A stretch of DNA of 64,000 bases, taken from IMG/VR virus record IMGVR_UViG_3300017991_000062, positions 1 through 64,000 of that record; one strand, 5' to 3'. Positions 1 through 8,948 of this stretch are shown here, in pieces. The notes beneath the pieces are model-generated. The model saw only the letters and a program-made list of their open reading frames with translations, was not told the origin of the DNA and made no database searches. Each line of letters begins with the position of its first letter. Within the stretch, counting starts at the first letter, position 1. The translations under genes were made by a program, and so were the position numbers. This stretch comes from a virus.

Positions 1-14
1 CGAGCTGGTGCCGC

Positions 15-317
15 GTGTCCGCTGACCGGGCATCGACCAGGGCGGCCGGCCTGAAGCGGAAGCGGAACTGGACACCAGCCCGGCCGTGCGTCGGTTGCGG
101 GTACTGCTGCCTCGTTGCGAGGTGTGCGACCGGGCAGTCCTACGAGCTAATCACAACCGGCAAGGTCAGCGGGCCGGCGTGCCCCTACCTCACCCACAAC
201 GGCGCCCGCTACCGTTGCGCCATCGCCGACAGGCTCGGCGAAGCTCTCGCCATCGGTGCCGGGTGTTCGTCGCCGCTGAACACCGAGCGGCGCCGGATGC
301 TCGGAGAGGTGGAGTGA
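15..317 (+). CDS. small Cys-rich protein (CxxCGxCC, YkgJ/Fe-S or Zn cluster-like)
   Basis: CVGCGYCC...CPYL...C pattern. Confidence 0.5.
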   Translation: MSADRASTRAAGLKRKRNWTPARPCVGCGYCCLVARCATGQSYELITTGKVSGPACPYLTHNGARYRCAIADRLGEALAIGAGCSSPLNTERRRMLGEVE

Positions 318-907
318 AGCTCGACGAGCTACGCAAGCGCTATGCTCGCGGCCGGCCCAGGCCAAAGGCCGGGTCGAAACCGGCAGCAGAGCCGAAGGCC
401 GAGGCCAAGCCGAAGAGGGCTGTGTCGCCGGTCGACACCAGCGAACTCGGAACCAGGAATGCTCTGTGGCCGGTTCCGAGCGCGGCCGACTACCTAGGAC
501 GCGACGTGCGCAAGAGCGGGGCGTACCTGCTCGCGCTCCAGGAATGCATCATCGAGCGCACGAAGGCGGCGGCTAGCCGTTTCGAGTTTGAACCACTGCA
601 CAGCGCCACCCTCGCCGGGCTCCTCGCGCGCGAGTTACAGAACGTGATGGCGGGGGTGGTTCATTCGTCGCCCGGGTGGGCGATAGCCAAGATGCGGGAG
701 TATGGCCTGGGCATCTTCGTTATTCGGTTGCACGACGACAACGACGGCCTCGGTCATGCCGGGATGGTGCTGGAGGACAAGGAACCGCGGAGGTGTAACG
801 TCGCCGGGGCTGTGTTCAAGGCCCGCGACCACTACGACGGCGCGGCCACGCTCATCGAGCCGGCTGACGATGGCAGCCTGGAGATCCACTTCAGCGCGAA
901 GGTGTGA
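314..907 (+). CDS. hypothetical protein
   Basis: GTG at 314 overlaps the upstream stop; GGAG upstream; in frame with ORF 86..907. Confidence 0.55.
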   Translation: MKLDELRKRYARGRPRPKAGSKPAAEPKAEAKPKRAVSPVDTSELGTRNALWPVPSAADYLGRDVRKSGAYLLALQECIIERTKAAASRFEFEPLHSATLAGLLARELQNVMAGVVHSSPGWAIAKMREYGLGIFVIRLHDDNDGLGHAGMVLEDKEPRRCNVAGAVFKARDHYDGAATLIEPADDGSLEIHFSAKV

Positions 908-954
908 CCGCGGCCTGGCGGCGGAAGTTAGAACTGTCAGGTGGAGGTGAGAAG

Positions 955-1404
955 ATGAGTAGCGAATGGCGCGTGGTGCTGGTGCTGGTCGGGATCGTGA
1001 GCTTCATCGGCCTGGGCTTCCTCACGGCCATGCGGCGGAAGCGGCGCGGCGACCCGCCCGGCGAGTTCATGGACGAGGCGTGGGAGTGGCTGACGAACCT
1101 GCTCGCATTCTTCGTTTTCGTGGCTTCGCTGACCGGGTGGATGGTCGACGCGGATGCGCGCTCCTCGATCCTGGGGTTCACCCTGGGCGGCGTGATGTGG
1201 CTCTCGGTGCGCATGTCCAAGCTCCTGCGCAAGCTGAATGCCGGGACGGTGCTGGTGCTGCCGAAGCAGGTGGCCGACAAGTGCGAGAAGGTGAAGACGA
1301 CGGTGTTCCTCTCGAAGCGCGTGTTGGAGGAGGCGGCCGAGGCGTCCAAGGAGTGTTGCGAGCTTCGGCCAGAGCCCAAGGACGGCGAGGAGGGCTCGCC
1401 GTGA
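955..1404 (+). CDS. membrane protein (about 3 TM segments)
   Basis: GGAGGT RBS before ATG 955; hydrophobic segments. Confidence 0.6.
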   Translation: MSSEWRVVLVLVGIVSFIGLGFLTAMRRKRRGDPPGEFMDEAWEWLTNLLAFFVFVASLTGWMVDADARSSILGFTLGGVMWLSVRMSKLLRKLNAGTVLVLPKQVADKCEKVKTTVFLSKRVLEEAAEASKECCELRPEPKDGEEGSP

Positions 1405-1679
1405 CGACCGTCATGTTCGACGATCTGACTCGGGCGCAGCGGCTCGCGGTCGAGGACGCGATCCAGAAGCTCATCACCACCTACCTCACTTCGCTATTGC
1501 CCGGCGTGGACAGCCGGGCAGATGACATCATCGACGGCCTGGAGCAGCTCGCTCGCGACCTGAAGGCGCGCGGCCTGCTCGCACCAGCCGACGAGGCCCG
1601 CGTCCGCGAGTTGCGGGCGATGGTGAACCGCGCGAGCTTCGGGCTTGCGCCTGACCGGGAGGACCCATGTTCCGAGTAG
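1401..1679 (+). CDS. hypothetical protein
   Basis: GTGA overlap with upstream gene; in frame with ORF 966..1679. Confidence 0.5.
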   Translation: MTTVMFDDLTRAQRLAVEDAIQKLITTYLTSLLPGVDSRADDIIDGLEQLARDLKARGLLAPADEARVRELRAMVNRASFGLAPDREDPCSE

Positions 1680-2839
1680 ACCAGCGCGAGTTCTACCAGG
1701 CGCTCGAAGCCGTGCGCCTCGCAGCGGGGAAGGCGGGGTACATCCCCATCGCCGAGCACGTCCACCTCGACGCCGAGTCGGGTGGCCTGGTGCTGACGTG
1801 CACGGACCTGGAGGTGCGTCTCTCCACCACCATCGACGCGGACGGGAAGGGCGAGATGCTGCTCCCGGTGCGCAAGCTGGCCAAGATGGTGAAGCCCACG
1901 GGGAAGCGCAGCCGGCCGGTGTCGGTCGGGCGCGACAGCGACACCGGCAAGCCGCGGCTCCACATCGACGGCGCGGTGGTGCGCTTCCAGGCCGAGGGCG
2001 TGAAGGACGACTGGCCGACGCCTGCGAAGGTGGATTGGCAGCCGGCCGCGACCTACGACGCCGGGGAGGTGCAGCGCGCCCTCAAGTTTCTCATGCCGGC
2101 GGTGTGCAAGGACGAGTCCCGGCCGTCCCTGTGCCGGGTGGTGTGGCGCGGTGACCTCGCCGTGGTCACGGACGGCCACCGGATGCACGTCGTCCACCTG
2201 GGCACCGACTCCCACAAGCCGGTCTACCAGGCCAGGGCGCAGGCCGCGATCCTGCTCAAGCTCTTGCGGCCTTGCGACGGGCCGGTCAAGCTGGCCGGCT
2301 CGGACGACGGCGCCGACACGAAGTTCTCTGGCGGCTCCCGCTTCCTGTGGCTCTCGCACGAGCTGACCTCGCGGGTCGCGGATGGCGAGTTCCCCGACCA
2401 CGAGCAGGTGATACCGCGCGACTCGGCTCCCGGCGTCCTGCTGAAGCTGGAGCGGGAGTGCCTGCTGACCAAGCTGAAGAAGGCCGAGCAGATGTTCGAC
2501 GGGATGGTCACCCGGCTCGACTTCAACGGCGGCGCCTCCCTCAAGCTCACAGCGATGGACCACCACACCGTCACCGGGGCCTCGGCCGAGTGGGACATCC
2601 CGAACGCCGGGGTGGAGGACACCCGCCTGGACCACAAGCCCGACTCCGAGGTGGAGGGCGACGAGCCCGACGAGCGCCACCGCGGCCAGCCCGTCACCGT
2701 GTACGTGGAGGGGCGCTACCTGCGTGACGCCCTGCTCGACGGCGAGGTGGAGGTCAAGCTGAAGCTGACCGGCTCGCTGACTCCGGTGCACCTGCGCAGC
2801 GGCGTCTTCGAGAGCGTCATCATGCCGCGGAGGTGCTAG
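1667..2839 (+). CDS. dnaN: DNA polymerase III beta sliding clamp-like protein
   Basis: LTCTDLE, DESRPSL, VTDGHRM, GEFPDHEQVIP and C-terminal VIMPRR motifs typical of the beta clamp. Confidence 0.88.
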   Translation: MFRVDQREFYQALEAVRLAAGKAGYIPIAEHVHLDAESGGLVLTCTDLEVRLSTTIDADGKGEMLLPVRKLAKMVKPTGKRSRPVSVGRDSDTGKPRLHIDGAVVRFQAEGVKDDWPTPAKVDWQPAATYDAGEVQRALKFLMPAVCKDESRPSLCRVVWRGDLAVVTDGHRMHVVHLGTDSHKPVYQARAQAAILLKLLRPCDGPVKLAGSDDGADTKFSGGSRFLWLSHELTSRVADGEFPDHEQVIPRDSAPGVLLKLERECLLTKLKKAEQMFDGMVTRLDFNGGASLKLTAMDHHTVTGASAEWDIPNAGVEDTRLDHKPDSEVEGDEPDERHRGQPVTVYVEGRYLRDALLDGEVEVKLKLTGSLTPVHLRSGVFESVIMPRRC

Positions 2840-2841
2840 CG

Positions 2842-3213
2842 ATGGCTGACCGCAAGCTGTTCGAGGTTCGCGCCGCGCTGCCCGAGGACGTCGGCGTGAC
2901 CGACATGGCCACCTATATCCGCGACTGGGTTCGCCGCGGCCGTGGCAGCCTGACGCCCGACGACCCGCTGTTCCACCTGAACCCGGAGAGCGTCACCGTG
3001 CGGCCGGCGGGCCAGCGCAAGCCTGACGAGGCCAGGATGCGCAAGGTGCGCGGCTGCCGCGGCTGCCCGTTCGCGTGGTCGAGCATGGGGCGCCCGTGGA
3101 AGGTGTGCTCCATCGACCCGGATGAGCGGAGCATCCACCTCGACCGCAAGGCGCCCCCGTCCTGGTGCCGGCTGCGCACCGGGCCGTTCAGCGTCAGCCT
3201 GGTGACGACGTGA
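2842..3213 (+). CDS. hypothetical protein with Cys-rich C-terminus
   Basis: CRGCPF...C...PSWC; operonic with dnaN. Confidence 0.55.
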   Translation: MADRKLFEVRAALPEDVGVTDMATYIRDWVRRGRGSLTPDDPLFHLNPESVTVRPAGQRKPDEARMRKVRGCRGCPFAWSSMGRPWKVCSIDPDERSIHLDRKAPPSWCRLRTGPFSVSLVTT

Positions 3214-3590
3214 GCCGTGACGGCATCGACGCCGACCTGGCGCGCGAGGCCAAGGCGTGTCAGAAGTCGAAGTGGCTCACCCCCGACCTTCAGCACTGGT
3301 ACTTCTTCGCGCTCTACCGGCTCGTCCCGAGCACGTATCTCGACGTCCGCATCCTGCCGACGTTCGACGTGCGCCTGCGCAATCCGCAGACTGGCCGGAA
3401 GGTGACCGTGCCCTTGGGCGTATTCGCTGACCGTGACCTGGAGCGGGCGCACAGCCGGGTCCGCGGCTACCTCGACAAGCTGACCACCCGGAAGCAGGGC
3501 GCAGCGACGACCAGCTCGCCACCAGAGCCCGAACGACCCAAGCCACGTAGAAAGCGGCCTCCGATACAGCGTCGGCGTCCAGGCGCCTGA
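3210..3590 (+). CDS. hypothetical protein
   Basis: GTGA overlap start at 3210, in frame with ORF 3165..3590. Confidence 0.5.
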   Translation: MSRDGIDADLAREAKACQKSKWLTPDLQHWYFFALYRLVPSTYLDVRILPTFDVRLRNPQTGRKVTVPLGVFADRDLERAHSRVRGYLDKLTTRKQGAATTSSPPEPERPKPRRKRPPIQRRRPGA

Positions 3591-3600
3591 CCACGGGGCC

Positions 3601-3629
3601 TTGACAGGAACGCAGGCATGCCCGAGCAT
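3601..3629 (+). promoter_or_regulatory. possible sigma70-like promoter for gat-queC
   Basis: TTGACA-17 nt-GAGCAT (perfect -35, weak -10) upstream of the AAGGAGG RBS. Confidence 0.35.
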
Positions 3630-3648
3630 CGGGCAGCAAGGAGGAGCG

Positions 3649-5142
3649 ATGTGCACACTGGGAGGGTTCGTCAGGACGACAGCGCGGGGCTTCGACTACG
3701 GGATGGTGAAGCGGATCGTGGAAGGCATCGACCTCCGCGGCCGTGACTCCTTCGGCGTGGTGGCCTGGTATGGCAAGCTCGACGGCTTTCGCCGGTACTG
3801 GTTCACGGACAAGGCCGCGCTCATGCCCACCGTCCAGAACATGATTTCGGAGGGTGCGCGGGCGGTGATGCTGGTCGGCCGCGCCATCCCGGCGGCCGAG
3901 CGAGTCGACGGCGTGAACCACGAGCGCGACACGCAGCCCTTCATCGCGGGCGGCATCGCCGTCGCCCACAACGGGCTCATCAGCAACGACGCCGAGCTGC
4001 GCGAGGAGCTGCACCTCTCCGACCTGTCGCCCGTGGATACCGCGGTCCTGCCCTACCTATTCGCGCAGAGCGGCGACTACCTGGAGCAGGTGGAGAAGCT
4101 GGAGGGCTCGTTCGCCCTCGCGGTGCTGGACTCGATGGACGCGAAGCTGCGCCTGGCGACCAACTTCATGCCGCTGTGGATGTACGGTGACGGCGGCTGT
4201 ATCTACTGGGGCTCGGACCAGAGGCAGAGCCCCGACCACCTGGAGCGCGTGCCCTACCACTCGGTCGTCACTATCAACCTCGACACGGGCGAGCAGCACG
4301 AGGCCCGGCTCCTGAACGAGCTGCACCCCGACCGGGTGGTGGTGGTGTGCTCGGGCGGGATGGACAGCTCCACGACGGCCGTGCTCTACAAGGCCCTCGG
4401 CTACGAGGTGGACCTGGTTCACTTCCGCTACGGCCAGCACGCCGAGGAGGTGGAGGAGTGGGCCACGGCCAAGCTCGCCGAGCACCTGGGCGTCCACCGG
4501 GTCAGCCTGGAGATGCGCGACGTGTTCGCCCAGGCCAGCGAGTCGCTCCTGCTCCGAGCCCACGGCCGGATGAGCGAGGAGGAGCGGGCCAAGCTGCGGC
4601 ACCTGGACATGGAGTCGACCATGTCCTACGTCGGCGCCCGCAACCTCGTCTTCAGCTCCATCGCCATGAGCATCGCCGAGTCGGTGGGCGCGGCCACGGT
4701 CGCCCTCGGGCTCAACATCGACGACAGCTCGTATCCCGATAACAACGTCACCTTCCTCGACGAGCTGACCGACGTGGGCAGCGTGGCCCTCAACTGGCAC
4801 AAGCGGGTCCGCATCCGAGCCCCGTTCGTGCACCTCACGAAGAAGGAGATCCTGGAGGTCGCCCTGGCCATCGGGGCGCCACTCGACCTCCACGCCTCCT
4901 GCTACTACCCGGAGTTCGAGGGCGACGGCCTGGCCTACTGCGGGGCGTGCGGCTGCGACAAGCTGCGCGAGTTCTCGTTTCGCGCCCTGGGCCTCATCGA
5001 CCCCGTACCGTATCGCGGTATCCGCGACTGGTCGGGCTGCCAGGACGTGAACGATGCTCGCCCCGACTACCTACGACGACGCAAGCACCTCGCCGTCCTG
5101 CGGCCCGAGCAGGTGCCCTATATCAACTTCATGGTGCTGTAG
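3649..5142 (+). CDS. queC: Gat-QueC: class II glutamine amidotransferase fused to 7-cyano-7-deazaguanine synthase
   Basis: ATG 3649 gives N-terminal Cys2 (MCT); RGRDSFG and AHNG form the GATase; SGGMDS, YGQ, YVGARN, YPDN and SCY...CGACG form QueC. Confidence 0.93.
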   Translation: MCTLGGFVRTTARGFDYGMVKRIVEGIDLRGRDSFGVVAWYGKLDGFRRYWFTDKAALMPTVQNMISEGARAVMLVGRAIPAAERVDGVNHERDTQPFIAGGIAVAHNGLISNDAELREELHLSDLSPVDTAVLPYLFAQSGDYLEQVEKLEGSFALAVLDSMDAKLRLATNFMPLWMYGDGGCIYWGSDQRQSPDHLERVPYHSVVTINLDTGEQHEARLLNELHPDRVVVVCSGGMDSSTTAVLYKALGYEVDLVHFRYGQHAEEVEEWATAKLAEHLGVHRVSLEMRDVFAQASESLLLRAHGRMSEEERAKLRHLDMESTMSYVGARNLVFSSIAMSIAESVGAATVALGLNIDDSSYPDNNVTFLDELTDVGSVALNWHKRVRIRAPFVHLTKKEILEVALAIGAPLDLHASCYYPEFEGDGLAYCGACGCDKLREFSFRALGLIDPVPYRGIRDWSGCQDVNDARPDYLRRRKHLAVLRPEQVPYINFMVL

Positions 5143-5163
5143 GGGAACCGAGTAGGTGGGGAA

Positions 5164-5209
5164 GCCCCGGGGCGGGTGACCCGGCAGGACGCCGGGGCCG
5201 CCCCGGGGC
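5164..5209. terminator. GC-rich hairpin between convergent genes
   Basis: GCCCCGGGGCGG...CCGCCCCGGGGC inverted repeat; no U-tract. Confidence 0.55.
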
Positions 5210-5217
5210 GGTAGGTG

Positions 5218-6117
5218 CTACGCGCAGGCGGTCCAGCTCTTGTCGGCCTGCTGAAGCAGCCGGCCGGCCTTGGCCTCGCGGCGCAGGGCGTCGAAGACGC
5301 GCACGTACTGCCAGGAGCGGGGCTGCGGCTTGAAGGTGGGCAGCACACCCGCGAGGTCCGCGTTCTCCAGGATGCTGTCGAGCACGGCCTTCGCCGGCAT
5401 CGGCTTCTTCTCCAGCATGATTGCCAGCCGGCAGAGGTCGTCCAGCACGTCGCGCTCGGCCTTGGGCAGCGTGACCGCGTTGCCCTTGGGCTTCGGGGCG
5501 GTCTTGGCCGGCGCCTCGTCGGCGGGGGGCGGCGGCGCGACTGCGTCGTCCTTCGCGGTGGCGGCGAGCACGTCCTCGGGGATGTCGCCGAGCGACTCGC
5601 TGTGCTGGTAGGTGGCGAGGAAGACGTAGTCGGTGAAGTTGACGTCCGTCTCGTAGCTCCACACCAGCCCGACAGCCTCCAGCTTGGACAGGGCGCCGTT
5701 GACGGCGAGGGGCTTGCAGCCCAGGGTCTTTGCCACGTCCTCGGCGGTGACGTCGGTGAAGCCGGGCTCGGCGTAGAGGCCGGCGTGGATGGCGTCGTAG
5801 ACGCGGCGGCTGAAGCCCGGCAGGGCGGCGCGGCGTGCGATGACCTCGTCGATGTCCTTCGGGGGCTGCGGGCCGCCGACCGGCACCGGGCCGACCGTGG
5901 CCTCGGGCTCGGGGGCGGCCTCGGCGTCGTGGTCCACGCCGGGGCGGGTGAGCACGTCGTTGATGCAGGGGCCGCCTTCGACCAGGGCGCAGCCGATGTG
6001 CCCTTCGGCGCAGGTGGCCTGATTCAGCTTGCGCTCCGTGCGGCGGATGTACTCGCGGCACTGGCCCACGGTGGCGCTCCCGTCGTCGATCTTGGAAATC
6101 AGTTCGGCGTTCTTCAT
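5218..6117 (-). CDS. hypothetical protein with winged HTH domain
   Basis: VTAEDVAKTLGCKPLAVNGALSKLEAVGLV; GGAGG RBS. Confidence 0.65.
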   Translation of the reverse strand: MKNAELISKIDDGSATVGQCREYIRRTERKLNQATCAEGHIGCALVEGGPCINDVLTRPGVDHDAEAAPEPEATVGPVPVGGPQPPKDIDEVIARRAALPGFSRRVYDAIHAGLYAEPGFTDVTAEDVAKTLGCKPLAVNGALSKLEAVGLVWSYETDVNFTDYVFLATYQHSESLGDIPEDVLAATAKDDAVAPPPPADEAPAKTAPKPKGNAVTLPKAERDVLDDLCRLAIMLEKKPMPAKAVLDSILENADLAGVLPTFKPQPRSWQYVRVFDALRREAKAGRLLQQADKSWTACA

Positions 6118-6164
6118 CTTGTCCTCCTGGGTTCCTGTGTCCTGGGGTTCGTAAGCATGGCCCC

Positions 6165-6216
6165 AAGGTAGGATGAGTCATTCGGCATGTCAACCCCGAG
6201 GTTTAACTTTTTTTAT
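6165..6216 (-). promoter_or_regulatory. sigma70-like early promoter, copy 1, with A-rich UP element
   Basis: minus strand TTGACA (6193-6188)-17 nt-TACCTT (6170-6165); upstream A-tract. Confidence 0.75.
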
Positions 6217-6363
6217 TTCCCAAGAAATTCCGTCGTGTTCTGGATCGCGATTTTTGTAGCGAAAGCCGCGGCGCCTGGCGAAACAGCGTGTCGGCGCCGA
6301 AATGCGGAATGATGCCGCTCGCTTCCGCTGCGAAAACCTGCAAGTTGACGGAATTGCTAGGGT

Positions 6364-6846
6364 CTACAGATACCCGCGTGGGGTGGGCTCCCAGGGGCCG
6401 TGGTGCCCGTGGGCCAGGGTGGCGCGGGCAGCCTCGACCCGCGTGTAGCGCGTGCACTCCTCCGGGTCGATGCTGCCGAGCAGGTAGAACAGCGCGGCCG
6501 GCCCGTCGAAGTCTTGGGACGGGTCGAACACCTGGACGATCTCGACGTGGGCTCGCCGAGCCGGGTCGGCGCGCTTCAGCTCTGCCGGCACTTCCAGGGG
6601 GAGGGTGAGGGTGTACTCGCACCAGGCGTGACCGTAGCGAGCCGCTGGAGGCCGATTGAGCCTCGGATAGCCATGCACCAGGACCGCGGTCGGTTCGTCT
6701 CGCAGGCGGCCGACCAGGAGCGCCTCGGCGGCCTGGTCGTAGCAGCGACCGGCGCGGTCCAGCGGCTCCGTGGTGATGGCCGGCTTGGAGTAGGTGCGGC
6801 GGCTCGAACTCGTCTTACGGCCTGGCGACGGAGTCATGGCCGTCAC
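6364..6846 (-). CDS. papain/transglutaminase-like Cys-His-Asp protein (putative)
   Basis: GRCYDQA...LVHG...GHAWCE...VFDPS; GTG start overlaps the upstream stop. Confidence 0.55.
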   Translation of the reverse strand: MTAMTPSPGRKTSSSRRTYSKPAITTEPLDRAGRCYDQAAEALLVGRLRDEPTAVLVHGYPRLNRPPAARYGHAWCEYTLTLPLEVPAELKRADPARRAHVEIVQVFDPSQDFDGPAALFYLLGSIDPEECTRYTRVEAARATLAHGHHGPWEPTPRGYL

Positions 6847-7442
6847 CCCACCGGGCAGTTTGCGAGCAGGTCGTCGGCCTCGGTGCGGGCATCCTCGACC
6901 CACGCCTCGCGGAGGTTGGCCAGCTCCTCGTCCACGTCCTTGTCCGTGGCCTCGTCGTCCAGGCTGTCGCGGGCCTCCTCGCGCTTGCTCTCCTCGTCCC
7001 AGTCCTCGTTCGGCTCCCAGCCGTCCAGCTCCTCGGCCCAGGACTCCAGCTCGCTGGCCCGCTCCTCGTTCTCCTCGGCGATGGGGCTGCCCTCGGCGGT
7101 CTCGTTGATGGCGTCGGCGGCGTCCTGGTACTCCTGGCCGACCTCGCGGATGCGCTCGGCGGCCTCGGAGAGGTAGCCCTTCAGGTCCTCGATGTCGACC
7201 CCGTCCCAGTCGTGGATATTCTGCTCGCCGTCCTCCTGGGCCGCGTAGACCTCGGAGAGCTTCGACTGGGTCAGCTCGCTCGCCCGGGGGTTGCACTCGG
7301 CCTTCATGCAGCGGACGTGCCGCCCACCGTAGCGGAACTCCCAGTAGCGGTACGCGCTGCCGACCGGCAGCGGGGCTCCGCAACGTCCACAGGCCCCCTG
7401 GTCCTTGCGGCACTTCTTCACGTGGTTGACTCTCGGCATCAT
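6843..7442 (-). CDS. Zn-finger plus highly acidic helical protein
   Basis: C..CGRC...C..C N-terminus; Asp/Glu-rich C-terminal half. Confidence 0.65.
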   Translation of the reverse strand: MMPRVNHVKKCRKDQGACGRCGAPLPVGSAYRYWEFRYGGRHVRCMKAECNPRASELTQSKLSEVYAAQEDGEQNIHDWDGVDIEDLKGYLSEAAERIREVGQEYQDAADAINETAEGSPIAEENEERASELESWAEELDGWEPNEDWDEESKREEARDSLDDEATDKDVDEELANLREAWVEDARTEADDLLANCPVG

Positions 7443-7453
7443 TCACCCCTTCT

Positions 7454-7624
7454 CTAGCGCTGCGCGCTGTTCGTGTACGTGACCTGGTAGTCCTTGTCGG
7501 TCGATGGGCAGGTGCAGAGCTGCGTCACGCGGCCCGGCCCCTTCCCTTTCGGCTCGATGGTGTGCGATTGACCGCAGTGTGGGCAGCGCGGAACGGTCAT
7601 CGTCTGGTTTGTGTTGTTCGGCAT
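7454..7624 (-). CDS. 56-aa zinc-ribbon-like microprotein (not in the ORF track)
   Basis: GGAGG RBS, ATG 7624, MPNNTNQTMTVPRCPHCGQSH...CTCPST...; fills the gap in the operon. Confidence 0.6.
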   Translation of the reverse strand: MPNNTNQTMTVPRCPHCGQSHTIEPKGKGPGRVTQLCTCPSTDKDYQVTYTNSAQR

Positions 7625-7641
7625 CGTTTGGTCCCTCCGCA

Positions 7642-7674
7642 GGGCAGGGCGTCGGTCACCCCGACGCCCTGCCC
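7642..7674. terminator. 14-bp stem hairpin (terminator or processing site)
   Basis: GGGCAGGGCGTCGG-TCACC-CCGACGCCCTGCCC. Confidence 0.55.
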
Positions 7675-7685
7675 CGGATACAGTT

Positions 7686-8936
7686 CTAGGCCGCGTCGGT
7701 CAGCTTGCAGCGGGTCAGCTTCGTCTGGTTCCGGCCGCGGAACTTGCCGGTGCCCTGGACGGTGCCCGTCACCTGGTAGGTGTTGCCCGTCTCGCAGCAC
7801 GGGTCCACGCTGGCGAACCAGACGGCCTCGTTGCCCTCGCCGTCGACCATGCCCACGGCCCACCCCTTGCCGTAGCGGCCGTTGAAGGTGGAGCAGCGAA
7901 TGACCTTGACCCGGAGCGCGACCTTGTCGCCCTTCGCGCCCAGGAAGCGGCCGGGGCCGCTCGGGCGCCGCGGCATCGCCGGCCGGGACAGCTCGTCCAT
8001 CGCCCGGTTGTACGCCTGGGGCATGCTCGCCGCGAGGCCGAGGGTGGCCTGGGTCACGAAGCCCGCGCTGCCGACCGCGGAGAGGTTGTGGAGGTAGTCG
8101 TTCAGGTCGTTGCGGTCGCCCAGGGCGCCGCCCCACTCGGCCACCTTGCGGGCGAGGTCCCAGTCGGCCTCGTTCGGGACGTGCTCGCGCTCGAAGCGGC
8201 CGTCCTCGCAGTCGTCGTGCTGCTCGCTGGCCGTGGCGTCACCGAAGAGGTTGTCGCTGACGCGGACGGCCGTGGCCGGCGCCGAGCGGATGCCGCCGCG
8301 GCGGGCCTGGGCCTTGCTCATCCAGCCGTGCCGGCGGATGTAGAGGTTGGTGACGGCCAGCACGCGCTCCAGCTCGAAGACCGGCTCGATACCCTCGACC
8401 CGCTCGCCCAGGGCGCGGCAGGCGATGGCGATGTCGGCCAGCGACTCGCAGAACCGGGCGGCGCGCTCGGGGTCGTGGGCGCCGGCCAGGAAGTCGCCGA
8501 TGCAGGTGGAGCCCACCTGGACCCAGGTGCCGTCCTCGTGCTCCAGGACGTAGGTCTTCTTCCGCTTGCGGTTCCAGCCGCAGTGGTCGCAGTTGGCCTC
8601 GGCGTGGCGGTACTGCTCGGGGATGTCCTTGCGGTAGGACGGCACGGCCTTGATGATGGTGCCGGCGTCGGCGTCGTAGGTGTGGAGCAGCGTGGCGCGG
8701 AAGACGTAGCCCTTCAGCACCGGCTCCTCCCCGGTGATGGTGACCGTGACGAACGGGATGTGCCGGCGCATCGCCTCGGGCTTGTGGGCGTCGCCCGGGT
8801 GCGGGCGCAGCGTCTCCTCGCCCTCGGTCATGGTGATGGGCGGCAGCTCCAGCTTCGCCGCCACCTTGTTCAGCCGCTCGATCTTCGCGGCCAGCTCCTC
8901 GATCCGTGCCTTCGGGATGTCGTGGGTGGTACGCAT
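7686..8936 (-). CDS. phage protein with Zn site and C-terminal OB-fold-like nucleic-acid-binding domain
   Basis: CDHC...R..TY...QVGSTC; C-terminal FLGAKGDKV...GNEAVWF...VTGTV...QTKLTR beta-barrel pattern. Confidence 0.7.
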   Translation of the reverse strand: MRTTHDIPKARIEELAAKIERLNKVAAKLELPPITMTEGEETLRPHPGDAHKPEAMRRHIPFVTVTITGEEPVLKGYVFRATLLHTYDADAGTIIKAVPSYRKDIPEQYRHAEANCDHCGWNRKRKKTYVLEHEDGTWVQVGSTCIGDFLAGAHDPERAARFCESLADIAIACRALGERVEGIEPVFELERVLAVTNLYIRRHGWMSKAQARRGGIRSAPATAVRVSDNLFGDATASEQHDDCEDGRFEREHVPNEADWDLARKVAEWGGALGDRNDLNDYLHNLSAVGSAGFVTQATLGLAASMPQAYNRAMDELSRPAMPRRPSGPGRFLGAKGDKVALRVKVIRCSTFNGRYGKGWAVGMVDGEGNEAVWFASVDPCCETGNTYQVTGTVQGTGKFRGRNQTKLTRCKLTDAA

Positions 8937-8948
8937 GTTCCTGTCCTC

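Noticed and set aside
3601-3648. ORF-track start (TTG 3601) for Gat-QueC
   Set aside because: ATG 3649 has an AAGGAGG RBS and exposes the catalytic Cys2; the TTG is part of a TTGACA box
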